The notes under the pieces: generated by a model
Told to the model about the DNA's origin: nothing
Database searches by the model: none
Seen by the model: the letters and a program-made list of their open reading frames with translations, nothing else
Shown here: in pieces, positions 18,970 through 27,655 of the stretch
How the letters are laid out: each line of letters opens with the position of its first letter
How positions within the stretch are numbered: the first letter of the stretch is position 1
NCBI GenBank assembly: GCA_037445915.1
Contig: JBBIJQ010000016.1
Location: 1-36,239 of the forward strand
Direction of reading: 5' to 3'
DNA length: 36,239 nucleotides
Source: Planctomycetales bacterium
GTDB taxonomy: Bacteria; 4484-113
Translations under genes and position numbers: made by a program

Positions 18970-19156
18970 GTACGCCGGGCTTCAGCCCGGCCGTACATTC
19001 AGTTGAATAGACTCTATAGGCACGGCTTTCCAGCCGTGCGCTCATCAATGTTGAGTAATCGGAGCATTCTTTATCGGGGCTGGAAAGCCCCGACTATAGG
19101 TTCGTTGTTTATGATATTGAAGAAACACCAGAGCCGGGCTGGTCAGCCCAGCGTAC
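18970..19156. repeat. Four REP-like palindromes arranged as two nested inverted pairs
   Basis: GTAC-GCCGGGC-TTCA-GCCCGGC (18970-18991); CTATAG-GCACGGC-TTTCCA-GCCGTGC (19014-19039); TCGGGGC-TGGAAA-GCCCCGA-CTATAG (19074-19099); GCCGGGCT-GGTC-AGCCCAGC-GTAC (19133-19156). Confidence 0.75.
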
Positions 19157-19184
19157 CCAACAGAAAGTTGAGGTAGTTCAGCAA

Positions 19185-20321
19185 TTACTCAAACGTGATG
19201 AGGATGCGCTGCAGGCCCATTAGGGCGTTGTCGTCGCGGCCGGTGGCGCTGCGCATAGGCTCAAGGCCCTTGCCGAAGTCGGCTTCAATGCGCACTTTCG
19301 GCAGGTGCGGAATGTCGTCAACCTTCACGCGCTTGCCCGCGAGATTCGTAAGCGGCGGCTCAACGCGGTCGCACACGCGCGGGAACAGCATGTCGCCGAA
19401 GAGGGGCGCGACGCCGGTTAGCTCGCCGCCGCCGTAGCTGTCCACGATTAAGTATTGCGTGATTATATGCGACTTCGCCATCTCCGGCGATTGGCTGTGG
19501 TTCCAGGGAATTATCTGGAAGCCGCCGATTTGCCCGCGCGGGCTAGTGCTGATGTCCAGCACGCCGGCATGCGCGGCGCGAATGCTCCCTACCGGTGCAA
19601 GCGCGGTGCCAGTAAAGCGGCCGCATCCGGCGACAGGCCTTTCCACCGTGCCCACCGACTTGCGCGTCATGTTCGCAAACACAGCGTCCACCTTGCCGCC
19701 GCGCTTGTTGATAAAGTCCAGCGCTTTGACCGGCGTTCCCGGCGCCATCACTTCAATCAGATAAGTGTCCCCTACTTGCGGGGAAAAGCCGAGCTCAAGC
19801 CGGACCGCCTTGCCTCCGCGCATGCAGCTTACGCGGCTGAAAGCAAGCGGCGAAAAGCTCCCGCCGAAGAGGTAAACCCCAGCCTGGATGTCGGTGTAAA
19901 TCGCGTAATCCAGGAGCTTCGCATTCTCGCCTTCAAGCCCCTTGCCGTAAAGCTCGCGCGGGAGAATCGTCATAGTTGAGCCCCGGTTTAGATGCGCCAG
20001 GCCGAATACCTTGATGTGCACGGCGTTTACGGCCGAAGCGGTAACGGTGCTGCTCTTTCCCCACAGGGTCGCATGAAACGACTCTTCGCGCAGGCCGGTC
20101 GCGGGGCGGATGACATGGCCCAGCACGTAGGTGTTGTTGCCTTTAGGCTGTCCCTTCGTCAGGTCGGCTAAACGTATCTCGCCATTTTCGCGGTTCTCAA
20201 ACGAAAGCAGGAAATGGTAGGCGCGCCCACGCGTTTCTTCAATCGGCTTAGCCGATGTAAGCGCGCAGGCGCATACAACGGCGATTAGCAAAGCAAACGG
20301 GTTTTTATGGAAAGCGCTCAA
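19185..20321 (-). CDS. Secreted hypothetical protein with internal duplication
   Basis: 378-aa ORF filling the gap after ndk, signal-like N terminus, motifs GRFTGT, HAGVLDISTSP, GGFQIIP. Confidence 0.75.
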   Translation of the reverse strand: MSAFHKNPFALLIAVVCACALTSAKPIEETRGRAYHFLLSFENRENGEIRLADLTKGQPKGNNTYVLGHVIRPATGLREESFHATLWGKSSTVTASAVNAVHIKVFGLAHLNRGSTMTILPRELYGKGLEGENAKLLDYAIYTDIQAGVYLFGGSFSPLAFSRVSCMRGGKAVRLELGFSPQVGDTYLIEVMAPGTPVKALDFINKRGGKVDAVFANMTRKSVGTVERPVAGCGRFTGTALAPVGSIRAAHAGVLDISTSPRGQIGGFQIIPWNHSQSPEMAKSHIITQYLIVDSYGGGELTGVAPLFGDMLFPRVCDRVEPPLTNLAGKRVKVDDIPHLPKVRIEADFGKGLEPMRSATGRDDNALMGLQRILITFE

Positions 20322-20348
20322 CGGAAGGGAATACTACCCGCGAAGCGC

Positions 20349-20798
20349 CTATTGTGTCCAGCCTGCGCAGTCTCTGCTGTATGTGAGGATTTCTTCCGGA
20401 GCGAAGAAGTTGGCTATCTCTACTTCCGCAGTTTCCGGCGCATCGCTGCCGTGCACAAGGTTGAAGGTCGTTACCGTCGCCAAGTCGCCGCGGATTGTTC
20501 CGGGCGCCGCATTGGCGGGATTAGTCGCGCCCATCAGCGCGCGCGTCTGCGCAATTGCGCAAGGACCTTCCACGACCATCGCTACGACGGGGCCGCTGGT
20601 AATAAACTCCACGAGCGCGGGATAGAAGGGCTTGTCTCTGTGGACGGCGTAGTGCTTCTCCGCCAATTCGCGCGGGATATGCAGCATCTTCATCGCGGCT
20701 ATCGCCAGCCCCTTGCGCTCAATGCGCCTGATTATTTCGCCAACCAGGCCGCGCGAAACCCCGTCGGGCTTTATCAAAACCAGCGTGCGCTCACACAT
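20349..20798 (-). CDS. ndk: Nucleoside diphosphate kinase
   Basis: [40 protein letters not shown]. Confidence 0.98.
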   Translation of the reverse strand: MCERTLVLIKPDGVSRGLVGEIIRRIERKGLAIAAMKMLHIPRELAEKHYAVHRDKPFYPALVEFITSGPVVAMVVEGPCAIAQTRALMGATNPANAAPGTIRGDLATVTTFNLVHGSDAPETAEVEIANFFAPEEILTYSRDCAGWTQ

Positions 20799-22551
20799 CT
20801 GCGCTTTCCCCTGTGGAATGCTCGTCTTTCTCGGACATCTGTCGCAGCGCTTCTATCTCCTTCGTGGAGATGTCCGACCAGCCAGACTCAAGCGCGAAGT
20901 AACCGGTGTCGTAGTGCTCGCGCTGGAGTATCCTTTCCAGCGCAGCGACGACTTCTGCGTCAAGGTGCGCGCCCTCTTCGTCTCCAAAGCGCCCAATGTG
21001 CGGCTTGGTCAGCTTCTTGCACTCGGCGAGCGCTTCCGAGGGAGTCAGCCCGCGCTTGTAGGGGCGTTCCTGCATCATCGCGTGGAAGATGTCCGCTACG
21101 GCCATAATGCGGCCTTCCACCGATATTTGCCCAGCCTTCAGCCCCAGCGGGTAGCCGGTGCCGTCCAGCCGCTCGTGGTGCATTCCGGCAACGCGCGGAA
21201 CGTCGCGCATATCCTTGGTGAAGTAAACACGGCTAAGGATCTCAATCGTTTTGGACACGTGCGAATACATCACTTTGAACTCTTCGGGAGTAAGCTGGCC
21301 GGGCTTACAGAGAATTGCGTCAGGAATGGCGATTTTTCCATAATCGTGCAACACTCCAGCGACGCGGATCATCTCTACCCTCTGCGTTTCAAAGCCCATC
21401 TCCTTCGCCAGCGCAACAGCAACGCCGGTGACCATCTTGGAATGATCGGCGGTCGTGGGGTCTTTAGCGTCAACGCTGGTTGCGAGGACTTCAATGAAGC
21501 TGTTGAACTGCTTCTTTTGCTCTTCGTAAAGCTTCGCGTTTTCAACGGCGACTGCTGCGCTTCCCGATAGCGCGGCGAGCATCTGCTCATCGCGGCTGGT
21601 AAAGCGGTCAAAGTCCAGCTTGTTAAGAACCTGGTAAACTCCGGTCAGGTCGCCCTTGCGGTTGAGCAGCGGCATGCACAGGATTGACTTGGTGAGGTAG
21701 CCGGTCTGGCGGTCGACCTCGGGATTAAACAGCGGGTGCGAATACGGGTCGGCGATGTTCAGGGTTTCTTTGGCTTTCGCGACCGCGCCGGCGATGCCCC
21801 TGCCAGTGGGCATACGTATTTCATTAATAAGGCCTTCGCTCACTATCGTCCAAATTTCTTCGCTCTCATCGTCATACAGCCAGACCGTGCTCCGGTCGGC
21901 ATTGAGAAGCCAGGAGCACTGCCGGGCCAGAACGGTAAGCAGCTCTTTCAAGTCAAGCTTGCTGCTGATGATGGCGCTGACTTTCATCAGCGCCTCGGAG
22001 TTGCGAAGAGTCTCTTGGTATGCCTTGCGCAGCTTGATGCCCTCAACGGCTGCCGCGAGGATAGAGCGGAGGTGGCTCAAGACAAAGTGAAGGTCGCCGC
22101 CGCCAGCCATCGGCTTGGCGAACTCAAAAGCGAGGACTTCCATCGGCGTGTTATCTGATGACTTCAACACGATGAAATACCAGCACTCTATCTGCGCTAA
22201 GACTTCTTCTGGCATACCGCCTAGTTCGCAAAGAAAAACCGGTTTCACAGCGCCTTCATCCAGCGCGTTCAGCGACGCTTCCGCAAGCGTGTGTTTCGCC
22301 TTGCGGAGCGAAGCCTCGTGGGCATCGGAGAAAATTGCCTCATGGCCTGCCAGCGGGAATTCGCTGCCGACCATCCCCTCTTCAACAGGAAAGCGTGTGA
22401 CGCGGAACTGGGGCATCAAGCCCCTTAGCGCGCCGAGCATGCGCCTGCCCAGCGCTTCAAAGCTCTCGCAGCCTGCAAGCGCCTGTTGCAGGGCGAGCAG
22501 CTTCAACAGGCTTCCGGCGCGGGAGGATGCGTCGTCAGCCTGGCGGCTCAT
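20791..22551 (-). CDS. GAF-domain HD-GYP cyclic dinucleotide phosphodiesterase
   Basis: GAF ([40 protein letters not shown]) plus LHDYGK and [14 protein letters not shown] 22551 overlaps the rmlC stop (alternative GTG 22569). Confidence 0.92.
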   Translation of the reverse strand: MSRQADDASSRAGSLLKLLALQQALAGCESFEALGRRMLGALRGLMPQFRVTRFPVEEGMVGSEFPLAGHEAIFSDAHEASLRKAKHTLAEASLNALDEGAVKPVFLCELGGMPEEVLAQIECWYFIVLKSSDNTPMEVLAFEFAKPMAGGGDLHFVLSHLRSILAAAVEGIKLRKAYQETLRNSEALMKVSAIISSKLDLKELLTVLARQCSWLLNADRSTVWLYDDESEEIWTIVSEGLINEIRMPTGRGIAGAVAKAKETLNIADPYSHPLFNPEVDRQTGYLTKSILCMPLLNRKGDLTGVYQVLNKLDFDRFTSRDEQMLAALSGSAAVAVENAKLYEEQKKQFNSFIEVLATSVDAKDPTTADHSKMVTGVAVALAKEMGFETQRVEMIRVAGVLHDYGKIAIPDAILCKPGQLTPEEFKVMYSHVSKTIEILSRVYFTKDMRDVPRVAGMHHERLDGTGYPLGLKAGQISVEGRIMAVADIFHAMMQERPYKRGLTPSEALAECKKLTKPHIGRFGDEEGAHLDAEVVAALERILQREHYDTGYFALESGWSDISTKEIEALRQMSEKDEHSTGESADV

Positions 22552-23003
22552 CGGTTCTTCGCCTCCCACGAATACGGAATGTCCGGCGCATCGTGCGGCA
22601 CGCGAATCTCGTCAGGCTTGGCGTAGTCATACAGCCGGTTGGGGAGGTTCAGCACGACCGCCGTCTCTCCGCCCAGCGCGCAAAAGCCGTGCAGCACCTG
22701 CGCGGGGATGGTGAGGAGCGCGGGATTGGTCTTGCCGATGAAGAACTCGTTGACTTCACCGAAGGTCGTCGAGCCTTCGCGCCGGTCGTAGAGCACAACC
22801 TTGGCATTGCCTGATACGACGCAGAAGTTGTCGGTTTGGTCGCGGTGCGAGTGCCACGCTTTCACAACGCCCGGATACACCGCAGTCACGTATGCTTGAC
22901 CAAAGCCTGAGAAGCTTTCCCAGTCGGCCCTAAGCACCTCCATCAGGTATCCCCGGTCGTCACAAATTGGGTTTAACTTGCGTAAAATGACCCCGGCTAT
23001 CAT
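22548..23003 (-). CDS. rmlC: dTDP-4-dehydrorhamnose 3,5-epimerase family (cupin)
   Basis: DDRGYLME, PGVVKAWH.H..Q.D, D.REGS.TFG, IP..V.HGF. Confidence 0.88.
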   Translation of the reverse strand: MIAGVILRKLNPICDDRGYLMEVLRADWESFSGFGQAYVTAVYPGVVKAWHSHRDQTDNFCVVSGNAKVVLYDRREGSTTFGEVNEFFIGKTNPALLTIPAQVLHGFCALGGETAVVLNLPNRLYDYAKPDEIRVPHDAPDIPYSWEAKNR

Positions 23004-23010
23004 CACCGCG

Positions 23011-23019
23011 ATTATAACA
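23011..23019 (-). promoter_or_regulatory. Extended -10 (TGtTATAAT) of rmlC operon, leaderless
   Basis: 7 nt before ATG 23003. Confidence 0.65.
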
Positions 23020-23119
23020 CAGGGGCGCAGCGCAGCCTAAGGTTCAAGCGCCTCATGGCACGCCTAAGTTACTATGCCCCGAATGAGATTCGCAGATGGC
23101 CGCTCATCGTTCTCGCTTC

Positions 23120-25996
23120 CTACGATTCCCGGTAGTATGTGAGGTTGCCTTGCGGGTAGTTGTTGCGCGTAGGCCCGAAGTCAAGGACGCCGATGGCGGC
23201 ATAGCTGATTTGCGCGCTTCCATCGCTGAAGGCGAGCGAATCGGCGCTCGCGCCTTCAAACTTCTCGGTCAGCTCCAGCGGGAAGCCCCACTGGTTAGTG
23301 AAGTAAGACTGCTTAATGCTGGAATAGACTTCAAGCGATTCTCCTCCGTTTCGGTATATCGCCTCAACGAGGACGTAAGTGAATGCGCCGAAGCTCATGC
23401 CTTGGGCAAAGGAGACTTGCGGGTCTGCGCCAGCGAAGTAGAAATAGAAATCAAGGCCGTTAAGTTCGGGGTCCCTTGTTTCAACAGTGCTCCAGCGCCA
23501 TTCTGTTCCGTCAAAGCGGCAAACTACGGCATCAGTTACCGGCACTTCCATCGTGTAGAAAATGACGATGCGCGAATATGTCATCGCGATGTGCGGATAG
23601 CCGCTTATCGGGTCAAAGGCAAGCTCAACCATCTCCGCATTGACGGTCTTAGTGTCGCGGTAGATGGTCTCAATGTTCCAGTTGTTAGCGGCCGCGCGGC
23701 GCGCAAGCTTTAGCTGCACGTTGAGGGTTGGCTCGCTTCCCTCAGTAATAATGCCGTTTGCGTAAGCTATGCAGTGCTGGCCGCCAATCGGATCCTTAGC
23801 GATTGAAACGCTTGCGATGTTGGGCTGGGTGTTGTCCACAATCTCTTTGTTCCAGCCCGCAGAAGCAACTTGCTTGTGGAAGTAAACGACTTCTTCATTG
23901 CCCGAAGGGGGGTCCATCGCCGCGATGACTGCGAAACTCTGGGAATCTGGGTCGTATGTTGCTGATAACTCATAACAGTTCGTGTAGCCGTTGTCTATCA
24001 AGCTGCGCGTCCAGGTTTGGGCGTCAGTGCTGCCGGTATAAAGCACCAGCTCATCGGCCGGGCCGTCAAAGGCGAAGGCGTATATCGCGTCGCCGACGAG
24101 CAAAACCGCAGGATGGTAGAAGCGGTTGGGGCTGTCAATGCCGACGGTCACCCACCGGGAAGCCACCTCGTCGTAGTAATGGAAGTTGATGCCCTGGCCG
24201 GACTTATCCACCGAGACTATTGCCGGGCAGTTATCAGAATCTGTAACAATCGCAGAATCGGTAATGGGGAATGCTGTCACTTCCTGCTGGCCGTCGGGTG
24301 GAAGCCCGAAGGGGAACGGGCTGGGGCCGACTGCCTGCGGCGTGGCGGTAAGTGTATTGGTGTTAGCAGTCTTGTTTTGGTTGGCCGACGAGTCCTGGGC
24401 GAGCACGCCAAATACATACTGCTCGCCGTTTACCAGTGAGCCTACTACTGTTGAACGGGTTGCCGCAGGGAATGTTGCCTGCGGAGTCCCCCAGTCAATG
24501 CCATCTCTCACTAATGCATAGAACAACAGGTATGTAACGGGTGGTGAATCAGCGTCGGTCGCCTCGCCCCAACCCACGGTAACCTGCCCATCGCCGGCGA
24601 CAGCGCTAGTCACGCCGACACTGCTTGTCCAGACGGGCGGCGTGAAATCGGTGACGCTGCCGCCAGCAAGGACGTAATTTGTGTTTGTTGTCTCGTTGCT
24701 GGACATATCAAAGGCGCGGATGCACAGCGAGTATAGCTGGCCTTCTACTACGCCATCGCCCGCCAGCAGCAGCCTTGAGTATGGAACCGGCTCGCCGTCA
24801 ATGACGCCGAAGATTTTCTTGCGCGCAGTCGCCAAATTAACCGGGCCCGGGCCTTCTTGCCAGTAAAGCCTGTAGCGCACAGGCGGGGAATCCGCGTCAG
24901 TCGCCTCGCCGAAAGTGAAGCGAATCTGCGGTCCGTCTTCAGCAACCGCCGATATTATTCCTACTGTGCTTACCCAAGTTGGGGGAGTTGTATCGCCGGA
25001 GAACGGGTGGATTTCGTCCGAGGCGATCCCGGCCGCGCCGTCACCGAAGGGGAAGAACACATAATGAACGGTGTCACTGGGCGCGTAATCCTGGTAGCTG
25101 TAAGCCAAGCGGCCGTCAGGCGCGCCAGTGAGAGACGGGCGGGAAGCGCTTACTTGAGGTTCGGTCGGCTCGTCAACATTGGGAAGGTAATCGCCTGCCG
25201 CCAGGTTGCTTCGCCATATGCGGTAGCCTTCAATCGCGCCGTTGAAGTTCATCGCTATCGGGGTTACGTCATCCACACCAACTTTGCCGTCGCCGGAAGC
25301 GTCAACAAGGTCGGCGATATCAGCGTTTTGCGCCGGGGTTATGCCGAAGTGCATTGCAATCGGGGTAATGTCGGCGATGGTCACAACGCCATCGCGGTTG
25401 TAGTCGCCCCGGTTCTTTTCCTTCCACTGGAAAGTCACATACTGGCCGTTTACTTGAATAATGAAGTCTTCAAGGCGCAAAACGTTATAGCTGCCCCTTG
25501 GCGGGCCGCTAGCGCTGCGGGTTGAGATGGAGCCAGGCTTCAGCCGGACGGTGAACAGCTCGCCTGCGCGCACCTTTTCGGCGCGGCGCTGGGTAATCAA
25601 GCTTATGCCGATGGGTAAAGGATTGCGGTCAAGCAAAGCGAGGCTGATATAGGAGCTTGAATCGCCAAACGCAGGGCCGGGAACGAAGTTTATGGACTGC
25701 ATTCCTTTTGGATATGCGAGTTCCGCATAAAAGTCGGCGCCCAGCGGCAAGCCGTCTTCACGCAACACCGCTGTAACCTTGACCTCGCCGCCTGCTCGTG
25801 AAACCTGCAAGCGCACAGCGTCTTGTGCCTGCAGCGGCTCGCCGCAGCTGTCCACTAATGTAAGGACGTACTCGCCTGCGGAGAGCTTATCTTCAAGCAC
25901 TAGGTTGTTGCTGCGGCCGCAGCCGGTGGCTTGAAGCAGGAGCAGTGTGATGAGTAGCGCTAGCGGAACGCCCGAACGAATAATGCGGTTTAGCAT
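23120..25996 (-). CDS. Large surface lipoprotein with dockerin-like repeats, two Fn3-like domains and a beta-rich C-terminal region
   Basis: Lipobox ATGC; GDYNRDGVVTIADITPIAMHF and DASGDGKVGVDDVTPIAMNF duplicated Ca-loops; DTTPPTW/DFTPPVW...GEATDADSPPV repeats; AAGGGG SD. Confidence 0.8.
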   Translation of the reverse strand: MLNRIIRSGVPLALLITLLLLQATGCGRSNNLVLEDKLSAGEYVLTLVDSCGEPLQAQDAVRLQVSRAGGEVKVTAVLREDGLPLGADFYAELAYPKGMQSINFVPGPAFGDSSSYISLALLDRNPLPIGISLITQRRAEKVRAGELFTVRLKPGSISTRSASGPPRGSYNVLRLEDFIIQVNGQYVTFQWKEKNRGDYNRDGVVTIADITPIAMHFGITPAQNADIADLVDASGDGKVGVDDVTPIAMNFNGAIEGYRIWRSNLAAGDYLPNVDEPTEPQVSASRPSLTGAPDGRLAYSYQDYAPSDTVHYVFFPFGDGAAGIASDEIHPFSGDTTPPTWVSTVGIISAVAEDGPQIRFTFGEATDADSPPVRYRLYWQEGPGPVNLATARKKIFGVIDGEPVPYSRLLLAGDGVVEGQLYSLCIRAFDMSSNETTNTNYVLAGGSVTDFTPPVWTSSVGVTSAVAGDGQVTVGWGEATDADSPPVTYLLFYALVRDGIDWGTPQATFPAATRSTVVGSLVNGEQYVFGVLAQDSSANQNKTANTNTLTATPQAVGPSPFPFGLPPDGQQEVTAFPITDSAIVTDSDNCPAIVSVDKSGQGINFHYYDEVASRWVTVGIDSPNRFYHPAVLLVGDAIYAFAFDGPADELVLYTGSTDAQTWTRSLIDNGYTNCYELSATYDPDSQSFAVIAAMDPPSGNEEVVYFHKQVASAGWNKEIVDNTQPNIASVSIAKDPIGGQHCIAYANGIITEGSEPTLNVQLKLARRAAANNWNIETIYRDTKTVNAEMVELAFDPISGYPHIAMTYSRIVIFYTMEVPVTDAVVCRFDGTEWRWSTVETRDPELNGLDFYFYFAGADPQVSFAQGMSFGAFTYVLVEAIYRNGGESLEVYSSIKQSYFTNQWGFPLELTEKFEGASADSLAFSDGSAQISYAAIGVLDFGPTRNNYPQGNLTYYRES

Positions 25997-26121
25997 ATTA
26001 GCCCCTTAACTTGTTCCGCCATATGCCGGCGGAGTATTTGCACTAGCACGAATCCAGTAGAGCGAAACGGCGGCTGGACGGCCCCAGCCTCGGGATGCGC
26101 ATCAAGCCTTTCACTCACTGA

Positions 26122-26130
26122 AGTATACCA
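26122..26130 (-). promoter_or_regulatory. Extended -10 (TGgTATACT) of the lipoprotein gene
   Basis: Implies a leader of about 120 nt. Confidence 0.5.
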
Positions 26131-26220
26131 TCGTTTTCGCAGGAGGGCAGGGAGGTTGGCGACAGCAGGACTTCTACAACAAGCATCAATACTCAGGAAA
26201 CACGCTTTTTCAATCTCCAC

Positions 26221-26251
26221 TTGACAAGGTGAAACGGGCGTATAGTATAAT
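26221..26251 (+). promoter_or_regulatory. Consensus sigma70 promoter of lexA, leaderless
   Basis: TTGACA 26221-26226; overlapping TAGTAT 26243-26248 and TATAAT 26246-26251; ATG 26257 without SD. Confidence 0.75.
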
Positions 26252-26256
26252 TGCGT

Positions 26257-26883
26257 ATGGGGAAAAATATAACCCGCAGGCAAAAGGAAGTCCTCAAGCA
26301 TATTGAGGCGTTTGTTGACGAGCACAACATCCCGCCGTCGGTGCGCGATGTCGCCGCCGCGCATTCGTGCAGCGTCAAGGGCGCATACGACCACATCCGC
26401 GCGCTTGAGAAAAAGGGCTTCATTGACCGCACTGAGCGCACATCGCGCTCCATCGTGCTTACCGACGCGGCGCTCCGCCTGCTGAAGCCGCCGGAGAACA
26501 AGCGAGTGCCCCTTCTCGGGCGCATCGCCGCCGGCCTTCCTATCCTTGCCGAGCAAAACCAGGAAGACATGGTTGACTTCCCGCTGGACAAATGGGAGCG
26601 CAGCAACTACAAGTTCTTCGCGCTGCGCATTGTCGGCGATTCAATGCGCGACGCGGGCATCCTTGACGGCGACATCGGCATTTTCCGCTACCAGCAAAGC
26701 GCTGACCAGGGGAAAATCGTCGTTGCGCTGGTGGACAACGAGGCGACGGTCAAGTATTACTACAACGACGGCCGCCGGGTTATCTTGAAGGCCGCGAACC
26801 CCGCGCATCCCGACCAGATCCATGCAGATGTGCAAATTCAGGGAATCCTGCGCGGTGTTATCCGCACGAGCATCCAGCACTAA
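26257..26883 (+). CDS. lexA: SOS repressor LexA
   Basis: T.RQ.EVL, PPSVRD, ALEKKGFI, IAAG cleavage site, GDSM (Ser) and ATVK (Lys). Confidence 0.96.
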   Translation: MGKNITRRQKEVLKHIEAFVDEHNIPPSVRDVAAAHSCSVKGAYDHIRALEKKGFIDRTERTSRSIVLTDAALRLLKPPENKRVPLLGRIAAGLPILAEQNQEDMVDFPLDKWERSNYKFFALRIVGDSMRDAGILDGDIGIFRYQQSADQGKIVVALVDNEATVKYYYNDGRRVILKAANPAHPDQIHADVQIQGILRGVIRTSIQH

Positions 26884-26892
26884 AGCTCACGG

Positions 26893-27615
26893 CTATATTG
26901 AGTAGCCGCCGCTCACGGGGATGAACGCGCCCGTGATGTAGCCCGCATCTTCCGCGAGCAGGAAGTTGAGCGCCGCCCAGATATCAGCGCCTGCGCCATG
27001 CCTTCCCATCGGCACGCGCGACACGTCCATCTTCAATTCGCCGTCAAATGCGCCCAAGCCGAGCGCATTCACCGTGATTCCTCGCAGGGCAAGCTCGCGC
27101 GCCCAACTTCGCACCAGCGAAAGCTGAGCCGACTTGGCCGCGAAGTATGCGGGAAGCATGTGCTTGGAAGTGAGCGTGTCAGCGCCAGCGGCGGAAAACG
27201 CCACGATGCGCCCGCGATTGTCTGCGAGCTGCGGGGCGAACACATGGACGGCTTCGTGAAATGCAACCGCGTTTGCCTGCAACAGCAGCAAAAGCTCGGC
27301 AGGAGACGTCGCGCCGATAGGCTTCGCGGTCACCGGGCCAAAGCAATGGATAAGGGCGTCAAAGGAATCGCCGAACATGCTGTGCGCGGCGGACGCGACT
27401 TCCTGCATGACTTGTTCAGGATAGCTAAAGCGCAGCAGCGATAACGCGTCCCTGTGTTCGCGAGGGAAGTCGGCCTCGTCCAGCGAGCGTCCCGTCGCGA
27501 GCACGCGCGCGCCGCTGCGAAGCAAGCTCAGCGTGCATTCTTTGCCTAAACCGCGCGTGCCCCCGAGGACGACGGCGTTCACGCCTGCTAGCGGAAAATG
27601 TTGCGTATCTGGCAT
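26893..27615 (-). CDS. Short-chain dehydrogenase/reductase
   Basis: GGTRGLG, YFAAK, GITVNA, YITG..I.VSGG; start ATG 27615 (the longer ORF would overlap parB). Confidence 0.9.
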   Translation of the reverse strand: MPDTQHFPLAGVNAVVLGGTRGLGKECTLSLLRSGARVLATGRSLDEADFPREHRDALSLLRFSYPEQVMQEVASAAHSMFGDSFDALIHCFGPVTAKPIGATSPAELLLLLQANAVAFHEAVHVFAPQLADNRGRIVAFSAAGADTLTSKHMLPAYFAAKSAQLSLVRSWARELALRGITVNALGLGAFDGELKMDVSRVPMGRHGAGADIWAALNFLLAEDAGYITGAFIPVSGGYSI

Positions 27616-27621
27616 ACCATG

Positions 27622-27648
27622 ATTATAGCCGCGCGGCTTTGCTACAAT
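27622..27648. promoter_or_regulatory. Back-to-back divergent leaderless promoters for SDR and parB
   Basis: TATAAT (- strand, 27622-27627) 6 nt before the SDR ATG; TGcTACAAT (+, 27640-27648) 7 nt before the parB GTG. Confidence 0.7.
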
Positions 27649-27655
27649 ACGGCTC

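Noticed and set aside
18970..19156. CRISPR array or intrinsic terminator interpretation of the palindromes
   Set aside because: Units are non-identical and alternately oriented, lack U-tracts, and no cas genes are present
23056..23072. TGGCAC as sigma54 -24 element
   Set aside because: No TTGC at -12 and it faces the 3' end of an opposite-strand gene
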